Shown: positions 1 through 9,310 of the stretch, in pieces
Layout of the letters: every line of letters starts with the position of its first letter
How positions within the stretch are numbered: position 1 is the first letter of the stretch
Sequence record: NC_049849.1
Length of the DNA stretch: 64,000 nt
Direction: 5' to 3' (one strand)
Made by a program: the position numbers and the translations under genes
Notes under the pieces: model-generated
The model's input: the letters and a program-made list of their open reading frames with translations, nothing else
What the model was told of the DNA's origin: nothing
Databases searched by the model: none

Positions 1-137
1 ATGCGTGAGTTCGCGCACATCGGAAACGCGCATGAGGCCATGAACCACATGCACAAGGTCGTCGGCGCAGTTGCCGATATCATCGGTTAAGCAGTACCCA
101 ATCCAACCTCACAACATCAACAAGGACAACATACATC

Positions 138-896
138 ATGGCAAACAAGAACCGCGGTGCTCGTGCTCAGGACTTCAAGCAGGGCCGTACCATGTACCTT
201 GCGTACTTCGGCGAACTGCAAGTCGTTCACATCCTCGGCCGGCCTTACAACCGAGGTGGCGGCTCGATCATGAGCGCAGTCGACGTTATGAAGGTCGACT
301 ACAAAGGCCGCTATGAGAGGGACACTCTGTTCCTCGGTGATCGCGGCGTGCCGGGTTTCGCATACGATCAGCGCCCGAATGAAATCTTTCTGTCGCGTGG
401 GGCGTGCGAGCGCAACCTCGAACGTATCAAGGAGTACCGCGATGAGTTGTGCACTCGAATCTCAAACGACATGCCCCTATCGTGGATGGATTATCCCGAC
501 TACGACGACTGGCATGAGCCGTCGCCCGACGAGCAGGTACGGAATGTCCTGAGCCGCATGGCAAGTGTCGGCACGCGTGAAGGCTACTTGCACGAAGTGC
601 CCGAGCGCCTCTATGAAAACTTCACCATGAGCGATCACAGTACCACGTACGTCTGCCGCAAGCTCGAGTCTGACTGCATCGCCATTGACTACAAGCGCGA
701 CGACGCCACGGGTGACTGCAAAGACGTGCATGAGTTCTACACGTTGCAGAAAGGTATGTGGCGTCGAATTCTCGAAGGCCGTTTCCATGATCGCAAAAGC
801 CCGACGGCCTCGAAAGACTTCTGCAAGTTCCCGGTCGCGCACGAAATCAACGAGCTGCTGAAAGGCCTCGTCACCTACGCAATGGAGAGGAACTAA
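138..896 (+). CDS. hypothetical protein (252 aa)
   Basis: Long ORF at the head of a tightly packed same-strand gene array; no family recognised. Confidence 0.7.
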   Translation: MANKNRGARAQDFKQGRTMYLAYFGELQVVHILGRPYNRGGGSIMSAVDVMKVDYKGRYERDTLFLGDRGVPGFAYDQRPNEIFLSRGACERNLERIKEYRDELCTRISNDMPLSWMDYPDYDDWHEPSPDEQVRNVLSRMASVGTREGYLHEVPERLYENFTMSDHSTTYVCRKLESDCIAIDYKRDDATGDCKDVHEFYTLQKGMWRRILEGRFHDRKSPTASKDFCKFPVAHEINELLKGLVTYAMERN

Positions 897-897
897 C

Positions 898-1257
898 ATG
901 CCGTATCGCAATATGACTTCTCACAACATTGCAGTCGACGCAATCGAGCAGGCGCTGCGGCACTTGATCCAGTCGCAACGCGGATTCACGTTCGACTTCA
1001 AGAACGGCAACGGCTTGCAGATCAAGCGGCAGCTTTCGCACTACGCGCAGTTCAAGCCTGGGTACGAAGTGATTGTGCAGTTCCTCGAACATCGTGCCGA
1101 TGACGGGTGCTACGTCGTGTGCGCAGTCGAGCACTTCTCGTTGGCGAATCAGGAGTCGGCCATCGAGGCGTTCATGACGCGACTGATGGGGCCGAATCCA
1201 CACCGCGCTACCGACCTCGGTCAATCGGTCGAGTCCTTCTTCGTGAGGAAAGAATGA
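898..1257 (+). CDS. hypothetical protein
   Basis: Starts 1 nt after the upstream stop; GGAGAGG SD upstream. Confidence 0.65.
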   Translation: MPYRNMTSHNIAVDAIEQALRHLIQSQRGFTFDFKNGNGLQIKRQLSHYAQFKPGYEVIVQFLEHRADDGCYVVCAVEHFSLANQESAIEAFMTRLMGPNPHRATDLGQSVESFFVRKE

Positions 1258-1535
1258 GCAGTCGGCCCAACTGGAGCGGTGTCCGCGTGCTGGTAACGCC
1301 TACGGAACGCCTGAATCACTACTCCAAGGTCGCGGTAGCATTGCAGGATGCAAGCGACGCCCTTGGTAAGGCAATCGCCATGTGCAGTGATTCGTGCGGC
1401 GATTCTATCCACGGTACGGACTGGGGCACCTACAGAAAGATGGTGACCACCAAACTTCGCGTTGAAGAATTACATCGTAAATACAGGGAGCGCGCAGAGC
1501 GTGCCCTGAAGAAACAACATCAACAAGGAAAGTAA
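1254..1535 (+). CDS. hypothetical protein
   Basis: ATGA overlap with the upstream stop; start trimmed from ORF 1107. Confidence 0.6.
   Translation: MSSRPNWSGVRVLVTPTERLNHYSKVAVALQDASDALGKAIAMCSDSCGDSIHGTDWGTYRKMVTTKLRVEELHRKYRERAERALKKQHQQGK
1475..1483 (+). promoter_or_regulatory. TCGTAAATA motif, intragenic copy ~50 nt upstream of the 1536 gene
   Basis: Exact match to the 9-mer found at five intergenic sites. Confidence 0.35.
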
Positions 1536-2036
1536 ATGAAGCTCCGCATTGGTCAATTCGACGCCAACGAGGCCATCACGCATAACCTGCGCACGCTGGC
1601 AGCGTTTGGTACAACGACTCGCAAAATTCGCAGAGGCTTGCAATTTGCATCGGCGCCGCTCGACCAAGTAGGCACGGTCACGCTTGTACTGCTGGACAAT
1701 CAGCAAGCCACGGAGTATCAGTGGCGCAAGGCTCGCGAGTCGGCCGTCAAGTTCCTCAAGGCTCTCAGCGACGAACTCGGGTCGCTGCTGCAGTGGGTGG
1801 GAATGCCCGCGCCGACTCCTGATTCGCAATGGTATGAACGCGAAGCCGAGGCGCGTGTACGAGTGCAGTTCACGTCGGACAAGCCGCAGCGTCAGCTGGA
1901 GCTGATGGTCACCCCCATGACCACGGACTTCGTAGAGACCGCTACGATGGCTCAGCTGGTAACGTACGTGTACATGACGCTGAACGTTGCGCATGAGTTC
2001 CAGCACTTCCCCCACTACCAGGTACCTCAACAATGA
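1536..2036 (+). CDS. hypothetical protein
   Basis: AAGGA SD; abuts the upstream stop. Confidence 0.65.
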   Translation: MKLRIGQFDANEAITHNLRTLAAFGTTTRKIRRGLQFASAPLDQVGTVTLVLLDNQQATEYQWRKARESAVKFLKALSDELGSLLQWVGMPAPTPDSQWYEREAEARVRVQFTSDKPQRQLELMVTPMTTDFVETATMAQLVTYVYMTLNVAHEFQHFPHYQVPQQ

Positions 2037-2254
2037 CGACTCCCGAAGACGTACTGCATTTCATCGAGTGGCTGAAATCCAAAGGCATGCAAATCGGCGG
2101 CATGGCACCTTCGTTGATTGCAGGAGTTCCGCAGTTCCGCCCGCTGCACAAAGACGACGTGCCGAACGTCGCACATGACTACGCAGCCTTCGTCAATCAC
2201 GGCGACGGCGGCGAATCCGACAACAGCAACAATGACCAGCCGGTCATCCATTAA
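2033..2254 (+). CDS. hypothetical protein
   Basis: ATGA overlap with the upstream gene. Confidence 0.55.
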   Translation: MTTPEDVLHFIEWLKSKGMQIGGMAPSLIAGVPQFRPLHKDDVPNVAHDYAAFVNHGDGGESDNSNNDQPVIH

Positions 2255-2265
2255 GGAGTTCTGAA

Positions 2266-2796
2266 ATGAATATCGTTCGACGCATGGCCCAAGCCGAACT
2301 CGACCTGTTGATGCTCGAGACCCAAAGCATCCAAGCGAGCCAGCATGTGACTTTCCCCGACGCTCTTGCGCAGAGCCTGCAAGCACGATACGGCGTGCAC
2401 TTCATGGTTCCGCCCAACATGATCGACGCGCTGACGTGGCTGCATACCAACTACGTGGAGCTTCCCGATGCCGAAGCCATGGAGCGTCGCCTTGAGTACT
2501 TCAAGGACTTCTTGGTCAACGACCCCGAAGACTACGACGGCAAGATGAAAGCCTTCTCGAAGGTCGCAGTCGGCCAGCACTTCATGCACTCGTTCTCGCA
2601 CAATGGCTTGTGGATGCAGGAACAGCGCAGCTGGAAAGATTGCGAGTTCGCGATCTATCGCAAGCTCGACGACGAGTTGGTGATACGTGCATACGTACAC
2701 AACAGCAACATGCAGCTGTTCGAAGTCCTGCCGTTCCAGTCGCTGCTCGAAGCCATGTCAATGGCGGGCGATTCCAAAGTCGTATTCGTGGACTAA
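2266..2796 (+). CDS. hypothetical protein
   Basis: TAAGGAG SD directly upstream. Confidence 0.7.
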   Translation: MNIVRRMAQAELDLLMLETQSIQASQHVTFPDALAQSLQARYGVHFMVPPNMIDALTWLHTNYVELPDAEAMERRLEYFKDFLVNDPEDYDGKMKAFSKVAVGQHFMHSFSHNGLWMQEQRSWKDCEFAIYRKLDDELVIRAYVHNSNMQLFEVLPFQSLLEAMSMAGDSKVVFVD

Positions 2797-2798
2797 GC

Positions 2799-2972
2799 AT
2801 GTACCTGCAACTCTTCTTTCTTTTCATCATCGTCTACCATGTGTTCCGCATCACTGAGAACTTCCGCCAGTGGTATGACGGCAGTATCGAACTCGGCTAC
2901 GGCTTGTGGTGCATGTTCTGCAATGTCGCTTTCATCGTAACGGCAGCGGTGTTTCTTCTCAAGCGCGTATGA
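2799..2972 (+). CDS. small membrane protein
   Basis: Two hydrophobic segments (MYLQLFFLFIIVYHVF; GYGLWCMFCNVAFIVTAAVFLL); start trimmed from ORF 2610. Confidence 0.55.
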   Translation: MYLQLFFLFIIVYHVFRITENFRQWYDGSIELGYGLWCMFCNVAFIVTAAVFLLKRV

Positions 2973-3370
2973 CGAAGGCGATGCGCGTCCACTTGAAGGC
3001 ACTAGCCAAAGGTACTAAGTGGCTAGAGAACAATCTCGGCGGCGAGTGGGCGTGCATCGGAGCAGCACAGCCCATCCGCACCGGGTACTTGATCTACAAC
3101 CTGGTCAATCACGAAGACCGAAGCGGTCAAGTGATGGCAGACATTCTCGAAAAGAAGTTCGAGATTGTGGCATCCGTAGAGACTAAACGAGGCAAGGTCA
3201 TCTACTTCCGCCATCGCAAGGTCGGGTATCCGATTAGCCTTTTCATTCACAAGCTGTTCATGTCGGTCACGCTCTACAGCGAATTCCATTTCGCCAAGAC
3301 TCTGATCGACGTGCGCGAAAATCCAAGGAGCAAGCTATGGCAGTCAGCTATGTCAACTTCGCAGACATGA
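2969..3370 (+). CDS. hypothetical protein
   Basis: ATGA overlap; start trimmed from ORF 2906. Confidence 0.55.
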   Translation: MTKAMRVHLKALAKGTKWLENNLGGEWACIGAAQPIRTGYLIYNLVNHEDRSGQVMADILEKKFEIVASVETKRGKVIYFRHRKVGYPISLFIHKLFMSVTLYSEFHFAKTLIDVRENPRSKLWQSAMSTSQT

Positions 3371-3690
3371 AGAATCCCGAAACGGGTGCGAGCATGCGCG
3401 AAGAAAATTTCGCACGTCAGCACACGATTCCGCTGGGCGCGTTGGTCGAAATCGCAAGCCTCGACACTGGCGCTGACGAGTACAACGGCTTGCGGCTGCG
3501 TGTGGTATCGCATGACCGCGACTGCGATGGTACTCCGCTGTACACGTTGTCGTTCAGTCTCGACCTCTACCAGCGCGCAAAGGATAACGCCAAGGGCTCG
3601 TCTGGTGTCTACTGCGTCGCGTATCTCGCAGGTCTCGCGCTCAATGGGATGAGCGAAGAACTTCTCACAGTCATCAAGGAACAAGCATGA
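3337..3690 (+). CDS. hypothetical protein
   Basis: AAGGAG SD upstream. Confidence 0.65.
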   Translation: MAVSYVNFADMKNPETGASMREENFARQHTIPLGALVEIASLDTGADEYNGLRLRVVSHDRDCDGTPLYTLSFSLDLYQRAKDNAKGSSGVYCVAYLAGLALNGMSEELLTVIKEQA

Positions 3691-4016
3691 AATCTTTTCT
3701 CGTCGCAGTAATGCTCGCAATGGCGCCCATCGTTGCGCACTCGATTGAGTACGTGAATCAGGGCACCTGGGATGCGACTCCGCGCAGCGAACGTGCAATC
3801 TGCAAGCCGAACAAAGCGGATGGCATGATTGTACTGACCAGTATTTCGCACCCGCAGCATCCGAAGTTCAAGACGGTCTTCGGCACAACTCCAGCGGGTC
3901 CCGTAGTCACTGGCTACTGGAGTACGATTGGTGACACCACGTTCAGCATTACGTGGGATGGCGTCAATCAAGTCAACCTTCACGAAGTGAACTCGTTCAG
4001 GCTCTGCCGGTTCTAA
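3687..4016 (+). CDS. putative secreted/periplasmic protein
   Basis: Signal-peptide-like N-terminus MKSFLVAVMLAMAPIVAHS; ATGA overlap. Confidence 0.6.
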   Translation: MKSFLVAVMLAMAPIVAHSIEYVNQGTWDATPRSERAICKPNKADGMIVLTSISHPQHPKFKTVFGTTPAGPVVTGYWSTIGDTTFSITWDGVNQVNLHEVNSFRLCRF

Positions 4017-4059
4017 ATCAACACTCCAATCACCCAACACCTACAAGGATTAGCATCAA

Positions 4060-5118
4060 ATGAAAAAAGCTCCGAAGACGCCGAGGACTTCCAGCGCTCT
4101 GCGCAAGCAAAAAGAAACCGCCGCCGACTACGCAGCCCGCGATGTGTGGCCGTATCTGGTTCGGCTCACTGGCGCCACTGCACGGATCGAGTGCTACAGC
4201 GATGACTCGATCTTGGAGAAGCTCGAAGCAGGAGTGAAGGGCAAAGAGTTCACAATCGTTGCTGGTCCAAAAGACGCGTTCCATAACGGGTTCAATCTCA
4301 GCAACGTTCTGCAAGTGGTGACTGAAGTTGGAGGGCATCATATTTGGCCGCCGCTGGCCAAGAAACCTGCGACCAAGACTGCACAGGTGACGTTCACCAT
4401 CGAAACCTATAGCTTGGGTACATTCCAGTATCAAGCGGAATGTATTGACCAGTTGCTGGAACTGCTGAGCGACGAAGGGGTGTTTCCAAGCGACTGCTCG
4501 TTGAACAACGATGGTGACGACGTGGACGTTGCTGATATGGACGAAGACGATTTGGCAGTCAGCCTATCTGACGTGAAAGCGATTCGAGCCGCAGGCCTTA
4601 CGGTGTGGGAAAACTCCAAGCCTCAACGAGCAAAGAAAGTTCGGCGTCCGGCGGTGACTTCCGAAGGTGCTTCGGAAATAGAACTCAAGCGTTGGTTCGA
4701 TCTTGGCACTGGCGAGTTCTTCGACTACCGAGACAATCCGCAATACCGAGCGATCTTGAATCTCAAACGTCAGACGTTCAAGTCGCTGGTCTACAACATT
4801 CTGACCGGTAGCCGTTGCAAAGTCGAAACCGAAATCGACGGCTTCCAAATCAAGGTCGGCGAACCCTACGAAGACGTTGACGGTCACCTGGCAGTCGACG
4901 GCCGACTGTTTGCTGCGCACTACGACGTGGCTGGAGTCACTATGTCGTTCGCTCTCGGCCAGGGCGTTGAAGGCAAATCATGGGTCAAGTGCGCAGAAGA
5001 TCAAACCGACAACTCGGGTGAGGCCTCACAGTCCCTTTACTCGAAAGGACGTTCTCTGGAAATCGACATGGAAACTCTGATGGCGGAATTCCTGCCCAAG
5101 ACCAAGGCGTGGTTCTAA
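4060..5118 (+). CDS. hypothetical protein (352 aa)
   Basis: Long ORF with a CA-rich leader and AAGGA SD. Confidence 0.75.
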   Translation: MKKAPKTPRTSSALRKQKETAADYAARDVWPYLVRLTGATARIECYSDDSILEKLEAGVKGKEFTIVAGPKDAFHNGFNLSNVLQVVTEVGGHHIWPPLAKKPATKTAQVTFTIETYSLGTFQYQAECIDQLLELLSDEGVFPSDCSLNNDGDDVDVADMDEDDLAVSLSDVKAIRAAGLTVWENSKPQRAKKVRRPAVTSEGASEIELKRWFDLGTGEFFDYRDNPQYRAILNLKRQTFKSLVYNILTGSRCKVETEIDGFQIKVGEPYEDVDGHLAVDGRLFAAHYDVAGVTMSFALGQGVEGKSWVKCAEDQTDNSGEASQSLYSKGRSLEIDMETLMAEFLPKTKAWF

Positions 5119-5119
5119 C

Positions 5120-5518
5120 ATGGACGAGTCATACGGAGATTGGAACGAAGAAGTAGAGCAGAGTCCGCGTAAGCCTCGGCTTCTCCGCTGGACGTTGATC
5201 GCATTGCTTAGCATAGCGACTGCAGCTGCGGTAGGCTGGCTCTGCTACTACAATTATGACCGCGGAGTCGTTGGCGGGAAATTTCTGCCTGTGGTTCGCG
5301 TTCAGTGGGGTTCGGTTATAGAGACTGGACAGTGCACGAAGTACCGATGCGCGGTTAGCATCAAAGCTGACGACGGGCGCATATTCACGTCGAGTGAAAG
5401 CAGTCCAAGGCTGATTGGTCAGCGCGTGCCTCTTACCGAGTACATTGTGAAGGGCCAGCCTGAACAGGTGTACTTCAGTATGCACCTGCCCCGCTTCGGT
5501 CCTTTCGCACGGGAGTAG
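5120..5518 (+). CDS. membrane-anchored hypothetical protein
   Basis: One TM segment (LLRWTLIALLSIATAAAVGWLCYY). Confidence 0.6.
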   Translation: MDESYGDWNEEVEQSPRKPRLLRWTLIALLSIATAAAVGWLCYYNYDRGVVGGKFLPVVRVQWGSVIETGQCTKYRCAVSIKADDGRIFTSSESSPRLIGQRVPLTEYIVKGQPEQVYFSMHLPRFGPFARE

Positions 5519-5674
5519 ATGATGAGCGGCATTCGTGTCTTGATAGCGCTCATCGTGTTCACCGTGCTGTGCAACATAGGGTTCGCTGTGTGGCTCGTGA
5601 ACTACACGCCGACACCGGAAGACACGGCACCGAAGACTGTACGGTGTCATCCACTCAAGCATTGCGGGAGATAG
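5519..5674 (+). CDS. small membrane protein (51 aa, not in ORF track)
   Basis: Read by hand: MMSGIRVLIALIVFTVLCNIGFAVWLVNY...; exactly fills the gap; GGGAG SD. Confidence 0.5.
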   Translation: MMSGIRVLIALIVFTVLCNIGFAVWLVNYTPTPEDTAPKTVRCHPLKHCGR

Positions 5675-5676
5675 CA

Positions 5677-6273
5677 ATGGCAATATTGGTTCGCGTTTCA
5701 CCGCACTCTGAACGAGTCGGCACATTCTGCCTAATGGGAAAACCAGCGGACGAACCAGTCGTGGTCTACGAAGTACACGCCGGCCGGGTCCTCTGGCTAG
5801 TAGATGATGGGCCCTTCTACATGAAGGCTGGCTACTGGTGCGAAGAGACGAAGACGACTAAGAGCAGGTCGGCGTACAAGGGGTCAACAGTGGACGCCCC
5901 GCCCGAAGTACGAGACCTCGCAGTCGCATATCGTGAGTACCAGAAAAGAAAACGTAAAATAATGGGTGAGCGAAATCGACGGCTGCAAGAGCGCGCAAGA
6001 CGCGCAGTCTATCAGCTCACCAAGTATCAGTTCTTCAACCTTTCACGCTTGACCTACAAGCTAAGCAGAGCCGAATGGTCAATCGTTCACCAACTACTAA
6101 AAACAAAGGTTTTCAAAAGTGAGTTTCGCAAAAAGTCTGCTGAAAAAATTCGTGACTGGCTTGAGTTCCCTCGGCAAGAGTCTCCATTCACCGACCGAGA
6201 GTGGTGGGACCTCGGCCGCGCCGCAATTAATAAAACGCTACGTGCTCGTACCGAGGTACGTCAGGTCGGCTAA
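5677..6273 (+). CDS. hypothetical basic protein
   Basis: GGGAG SD; start trimmed from ORF 5569. Confidence 0.65.
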   Translation: MAILVRVSPHSERVGTFCLMGKPADEPVVVYEVHAGRVLWLVDDGPFYMKAGYWCEETKTTKSRSAYKGSTVDAPPEVRDLAVAYREYQKRKRKIMGERNRRLQERARRAVYQLTKYQFFNLSRLTYKLSRAEWSIVHQLLKTKVFKSEFRKKSAEKIRDWLEFPRQESPFTDREWWDLGRAAINKTLRARTEVRQVG

Positions 6274-6511
6274 CGACGGCCAGTTCCATTACATCGATGC
6301 AACCAAACTCCGCGCCTGCTACAGACTGGCCGCGCATGAAATCGCATCGCTGATGAGCACTGAAGCACGCGTGGCAGTCAGCAAGGCGCAAGAGCGACCG
6401 GTCCTGGTCGACAACGTAGTCTATATCCCGCTGAGTCCTCGGTACCACGGTGACTATGACGAGTACAAACAACAACGCGACAACGAAGTGAGGTTGAAAT
6501 ATGGCTGCTGA
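6242..6511 (+). CDS. hypothetical protein
   Basis: VLVPRYVRSANDGQFHYI N-terminus; start uncertain. Confidence 0.5.
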   Translation: MLVPRYVRSANDGQFHYIDATKLRACYRLAAHEIASLMSTEARVAVSKAQERPVLVDNVVYIPLSPRYHGDYDEYKQQRDNEVRLKYGC

Positions 6512-6833
6512 AGTGAGGTTCCTCAAGTCCAACAATATCTCGACTCAGAAGATGATGCTCGAGATTCACGCACGGCAAGCTGGGTTGATGTTCAACATGC
6601 CGCGACGCGTGCTGGTGGTCACTACCAAGCCGATGGTTGCATCGTGGCAAGAGCGTCTGCAGCAGATGCCGATTGTCACTCGGGTCGTTACGCCCTACAG
6701 CTTCCAAGCTCTGACTGCAGAAGCGATGGCGGACAATCTGATTCTGATCGACATGCTGTACCCCGATCAACTGCAGCGCGTCTTTGAGAAAGTGGCTGCC
6801 GACAACTTCAGCTATGGAGTCTATCAAGCATGA
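6501..6833 (+). CDS. hypothetical protein
   Basis: GAGG SD; overlaps the upstream stop. Confidence 0.55.
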   Translation: MAAEVRFLKSNNISTQKMMLEIHARQAGLMFNMPRRVLVVTTKPMVASWQERLQQMPIVTRVVTPYSFQALTAEAMADNLILIDMLYPDQLQRVFEKVAADNFSYGVYQA

Positions 6834-7126
6834 GTGATGAACTGATGCGCGAGCTCATTGCAGAGCAACGCCGTACCAACAAGCTTCTGCAAGACTTGAT
6901 TCTGGTGCAGACCAAACACTTCGCTACTCACATGGCTGCAGCGGCTTCGAACAATACGATGACTCGCAACGTCTCAGCTATGATTGCCATCATGACCATA
7001 CGTGGTGAAGAGGCAGTGAGTCCGGGTAAGGTCACTGACTACGCACGTCAAGCATTGCAGCTGCAAGTTGCAAACGACAATCTCAACAAAGAACTTATCA
7101 AGGTCTTGGAGAACGCAGTCCAATGA
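6830..7126 (+). CDS. hypothetical protein
   Basis: ATGA overlap; GGAG SD. Confidence 0.6.
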   Translation: MSDELMRELIAEQRRTNKLLQDLILVQTKHFATHMAAAASNNTMTRNVSAMIAIMTIRGEEAVSPGKVTDYARQALQLQVANDNLNKELIKVLENAVQ

Positions 7127-7479
7127 TGATCTACGCGCAGGCATTTCTAGCAGCATTCATGTCTGCCGTACTCCGTGGTGTTCAGAACAAGAACATAGTC
7201 GGCGGGTACAAGATGTTGACGTTCATCACCGGCGCTCTGATGTACACGGTAGACGCAGTCACCGTGGTCGTCATTGCAAAGAACGTCCTTACCAACAACA
7301 ACTACACGATCATCGCTGCGTCTGCTATCGGCGCGGGCTTGGGTTACGTGGCATCCATGTCGGTGCATCGCATCCTTACTGCAAAGAAGGAAGCCGAGCT
7401 CAAGGCTGCGAAGAAAGCGAAGGATCGCAAGCGAGTGATCAAACTTCTGCGCGAGCTGCGCGACACAGGAGAGCTTTAA
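7123..7479 (+). CDS. multi-pass membrane protein
   Basis: Three hydrophobic helices followed by a basic tail. Confidence 0.65.
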   Translation: MMIYAQAFLAAFMSAVLRGVQNKNIVGGYKMLTFITGALMYTVDAVTVVVIAKNVLTNNNYTIIAASAIGAGLGYVASMSVHRILTAKKEAELKAAKKAKDRKRVIKLLRELRDTGEL

Positions 7480-7480
7480 C

Positions 7481-7777
7481 ATGAAACGTAACCTCATCAT
7501 TGTGCACTCGGATAGGGAGACGCGCACCGGCAAGAAAGTGCTGGCAATCGTCGACTGCTTCGAGTACACGAACAATGAGTATAGTATGGCGTCGCGCAAC
7601 ACCTGGGAGCTCTTCGTCAACGACCATGACAGTCTTATTAAGACGGATGCGTGGGTGCGAGCGCGCAACGAAGAAGCTCGTACCGCTGCGGTCGTGTATG
7701 CAAGGCAGCTGGCTGAAGAAAACGGCATGGTCCTTTGGCTGGACGGGGGCGACGATCAACATGAGTACCTGGACTAA
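7481..7777 (+). CDS. hypothetical protein
   Basis: AGGAG SD. Confidence 0.6.
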   Translation: MKRNLIIVHSDRETRTGKKVLAIVDCFEYTNNEYSMASRNTWELFVNDHDSLIKTDAWVRARNEEARTAAVVYARQLAEENGMVLWLDGGDDQHEYLD

Positions 7778-7779
7778 CG

Positions 7780-8007
7780 ATGAGTACATCAATCATTTCT
7801 GATGGTGCAGAGCTGGAATTGTCCGCAGAGAACACCGAAATGTTCCGGCAGTTCCTGTTGGCTATGCACCGCTACGACAAAGCAACAAAAAATACGAAAG
7901 CCGAGGCGCGGTTCGCAGTTGAAGACTGCTTGGGTAACCTGCTCATCAAATGCCAGCGCCTTGAAAACGAAGTGGAGAAGCTGAAGTGCACTCAATCACA
8001 ATCCTGA
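7780..8007 (+). CDS. hypothetical protein
   Basis: Packed ORF with a coiled-coil-like C-terminus. Confidence 0.55.
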   Translation: MSTSIISDGAELELSAENTEMFRQFLLAMHRYDKATKNTKAEARFAVEDCLGNLLIKCQRLENEVEKLKCTQSQS

Positions 8008-8498
8008 TAGGCATCAACGGTTGCGGCAAGACTGCATGGCGCAATCGCTTGATCGAAGAAGAGCGCGGGCATCTGACATTCTCAATTGAGAACTGCGTAC
8101 GCGGGTTCTACTACTCGCACCGCGGCCGTATCGTTGACATGGAAATCATGGATGCGTTTGCCAAAGAGCATCCGAAGTTTCCCGAGTTCATGTGGCGCAA
8201 GTTTGAAGCTGCCTTGGACAAGTTTCAGTCGGTGATCATCGATGGTGACTTCATTACGCCGGAGCAACGTGCCCCGTTCATAGACAAAGCCCGCGCACGA
8301 AATATTCCTGTGTACGCAGTCGTATTCAATACTCCGTTTGATATCGCGTACGAGCGCAATCGCAGACAGCGCAAGCCGTATCGAGTGACCAAGCGTGAGC
8401 TTGAGTACCAAGTGCGTAGGTTGGATATCTCGACGTTGAAGGCCGAAGTCGATGATGTGCATTACGTGGACAACATTCAAGTCAAGGGGTTTGCATGA
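7986..8498 (+). CDS. P-loop kinase (AAA_33 / polynucleotide-kinase-like)
   Basis: N-terminal Walker A LIGINGCGKT; VIIDG strand; R..F; lid YERNRRQRK. Confidence 0.75.
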   Translation: MHSITILIGINGCGKTAWRNRLIEEERGHLTFSIENCVRGFYYSHRGRIVDMEIMDAFAKEHPKFPEFMWRKFEAALDKFQSVIIDGDFITPEQRAPFIDKARARNIPVYAVVFNTPFDIAYERNRRQRKPYRVTKRELEYQVRRLDISTLKAEVDDVHYVDNIQVKGFA

Positions 8499-8707
8499 AT
8501 ACTGGATACATCAATCTGTTCGCCGCGCTGGTCAGCGTGTATTTTATTTGGGTCATTCTCAGCGGCTTGCCGAAGTGGCGGGACAAGTACCCGATGTTGC
8601 CGTGGAAGGACTTAAACTTCTATGCGTGGCTCGGCGTTGTCGTGCTGGTGTTCGACGGCATTGACTTTGCGATGCGCGGACTGGAGAAGCTGCAGTGGTT
8701 AAACTGA
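8495..8707 (+). CDS. small membrane protein
   Basis: Two TM segments; ATGA overlap. Confidence 0.6.
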   Translation: MNTGYINLFAALVSVYFIWVILSGLPKWRDKYPMLPWKDLNFYAWLGVVVLVFDGIDFAMRGLEKLQWLN

Positions 8708-8733
8708 TTCCACCGCCGCTGCCCAAGGTCATT

Positions 8734-8865
8734 ATGGGCAAGGGTCAAGAGTTGGATGCTCAATGGTTCTCGCGCAGCGAAGTGCTGCAAATTCAACGTG
8801 ACGCTATGGAGTCTGCTCGACAGCAGCTGCAACAGCACGACAAGTCAGAGGAAGGCGAATGGTAA
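8734..8865 (+). CDS. small hypothetical protein (43 aa, not in ORF track)
   Basis: Read by hand: MGKGQELDAQWFSRSEV...; fills the gap before 8859. Confidence 0.35.
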   Translation: MGKGQELDAQWFSRSEVLQIQRDAMESARQQLQQHDKSEEGEW

Positions 8866-9056
8866 AGTACAGCCTGAGTTGTGTGGGCAAGCCGCGCATG
8901 GCAGTGAGTGCAGAAGCGTTGCCGTTGGTTGGCAGCTCGATCTTTGTGTTTGGCGACGAGCATATCGTTGATGAAATCGAGTTCTTGATTTACGGAGACC
9001 CCGAAGATCAACCGCTGCGTCAATCCATAGTCGTTCACGCTCACCTGGTTGAGTAA
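8859..9056 (+). CDS. hypothetical protein
   Basis: GAGGAAGG SD. Confidence 0.5.
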   Translation: MVKYSLSCVGKPRMAVSAEALPLVGSSIFVFGDEHIVDEIEFLIYGDPEDQPLRQSIVVHAHLVE

Positions 9057-9057
9057 A

Positions 9058-9066
9058 TCGTAAATA
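9058..9066 (+). promoter_or_regulatory. TCGTAAATA putative phage promoter
   Basis: Exact 9-mer immediately after a stop codon and upstream of the 9113-12202 gene run. Confidence 0.6.
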
Positions 9067-9112
9067 CGAGCAGCAAATGACAACAATGTACAAGCGACAA
9101 CAAAGGAACGCA

Positions 9113-9310
9113 ATGAGCAATTCCAACTGGCCGCGCGCCACGCAACAGAAGCAGTCGGGATTCTTCGATTTGCCGGTGGCACAATTCTGCACTCACCCTG
9201 AACACAACTTCCCCACCCACCTCTATATCCCGCCGGGTCAGGGCTATCGTCATGTGTGCCCGGGCTGCAAGCGTGAAGAAGTCTCATACAATCACGGAGT
9301 ATTTGCGTAA
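9113..9310 (+). CDS. small Cys/His metal-binding protein
   Basis: CTHPEH...HVCPGC motif; AAAGGA SD. Confidence 0.6.
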   Translation: MSNSNWPRATQQKQSGFFDLPVAQFCTHPEHNFPTHLYIPPGQGYRHVCPGCKREEVSYNHGVFA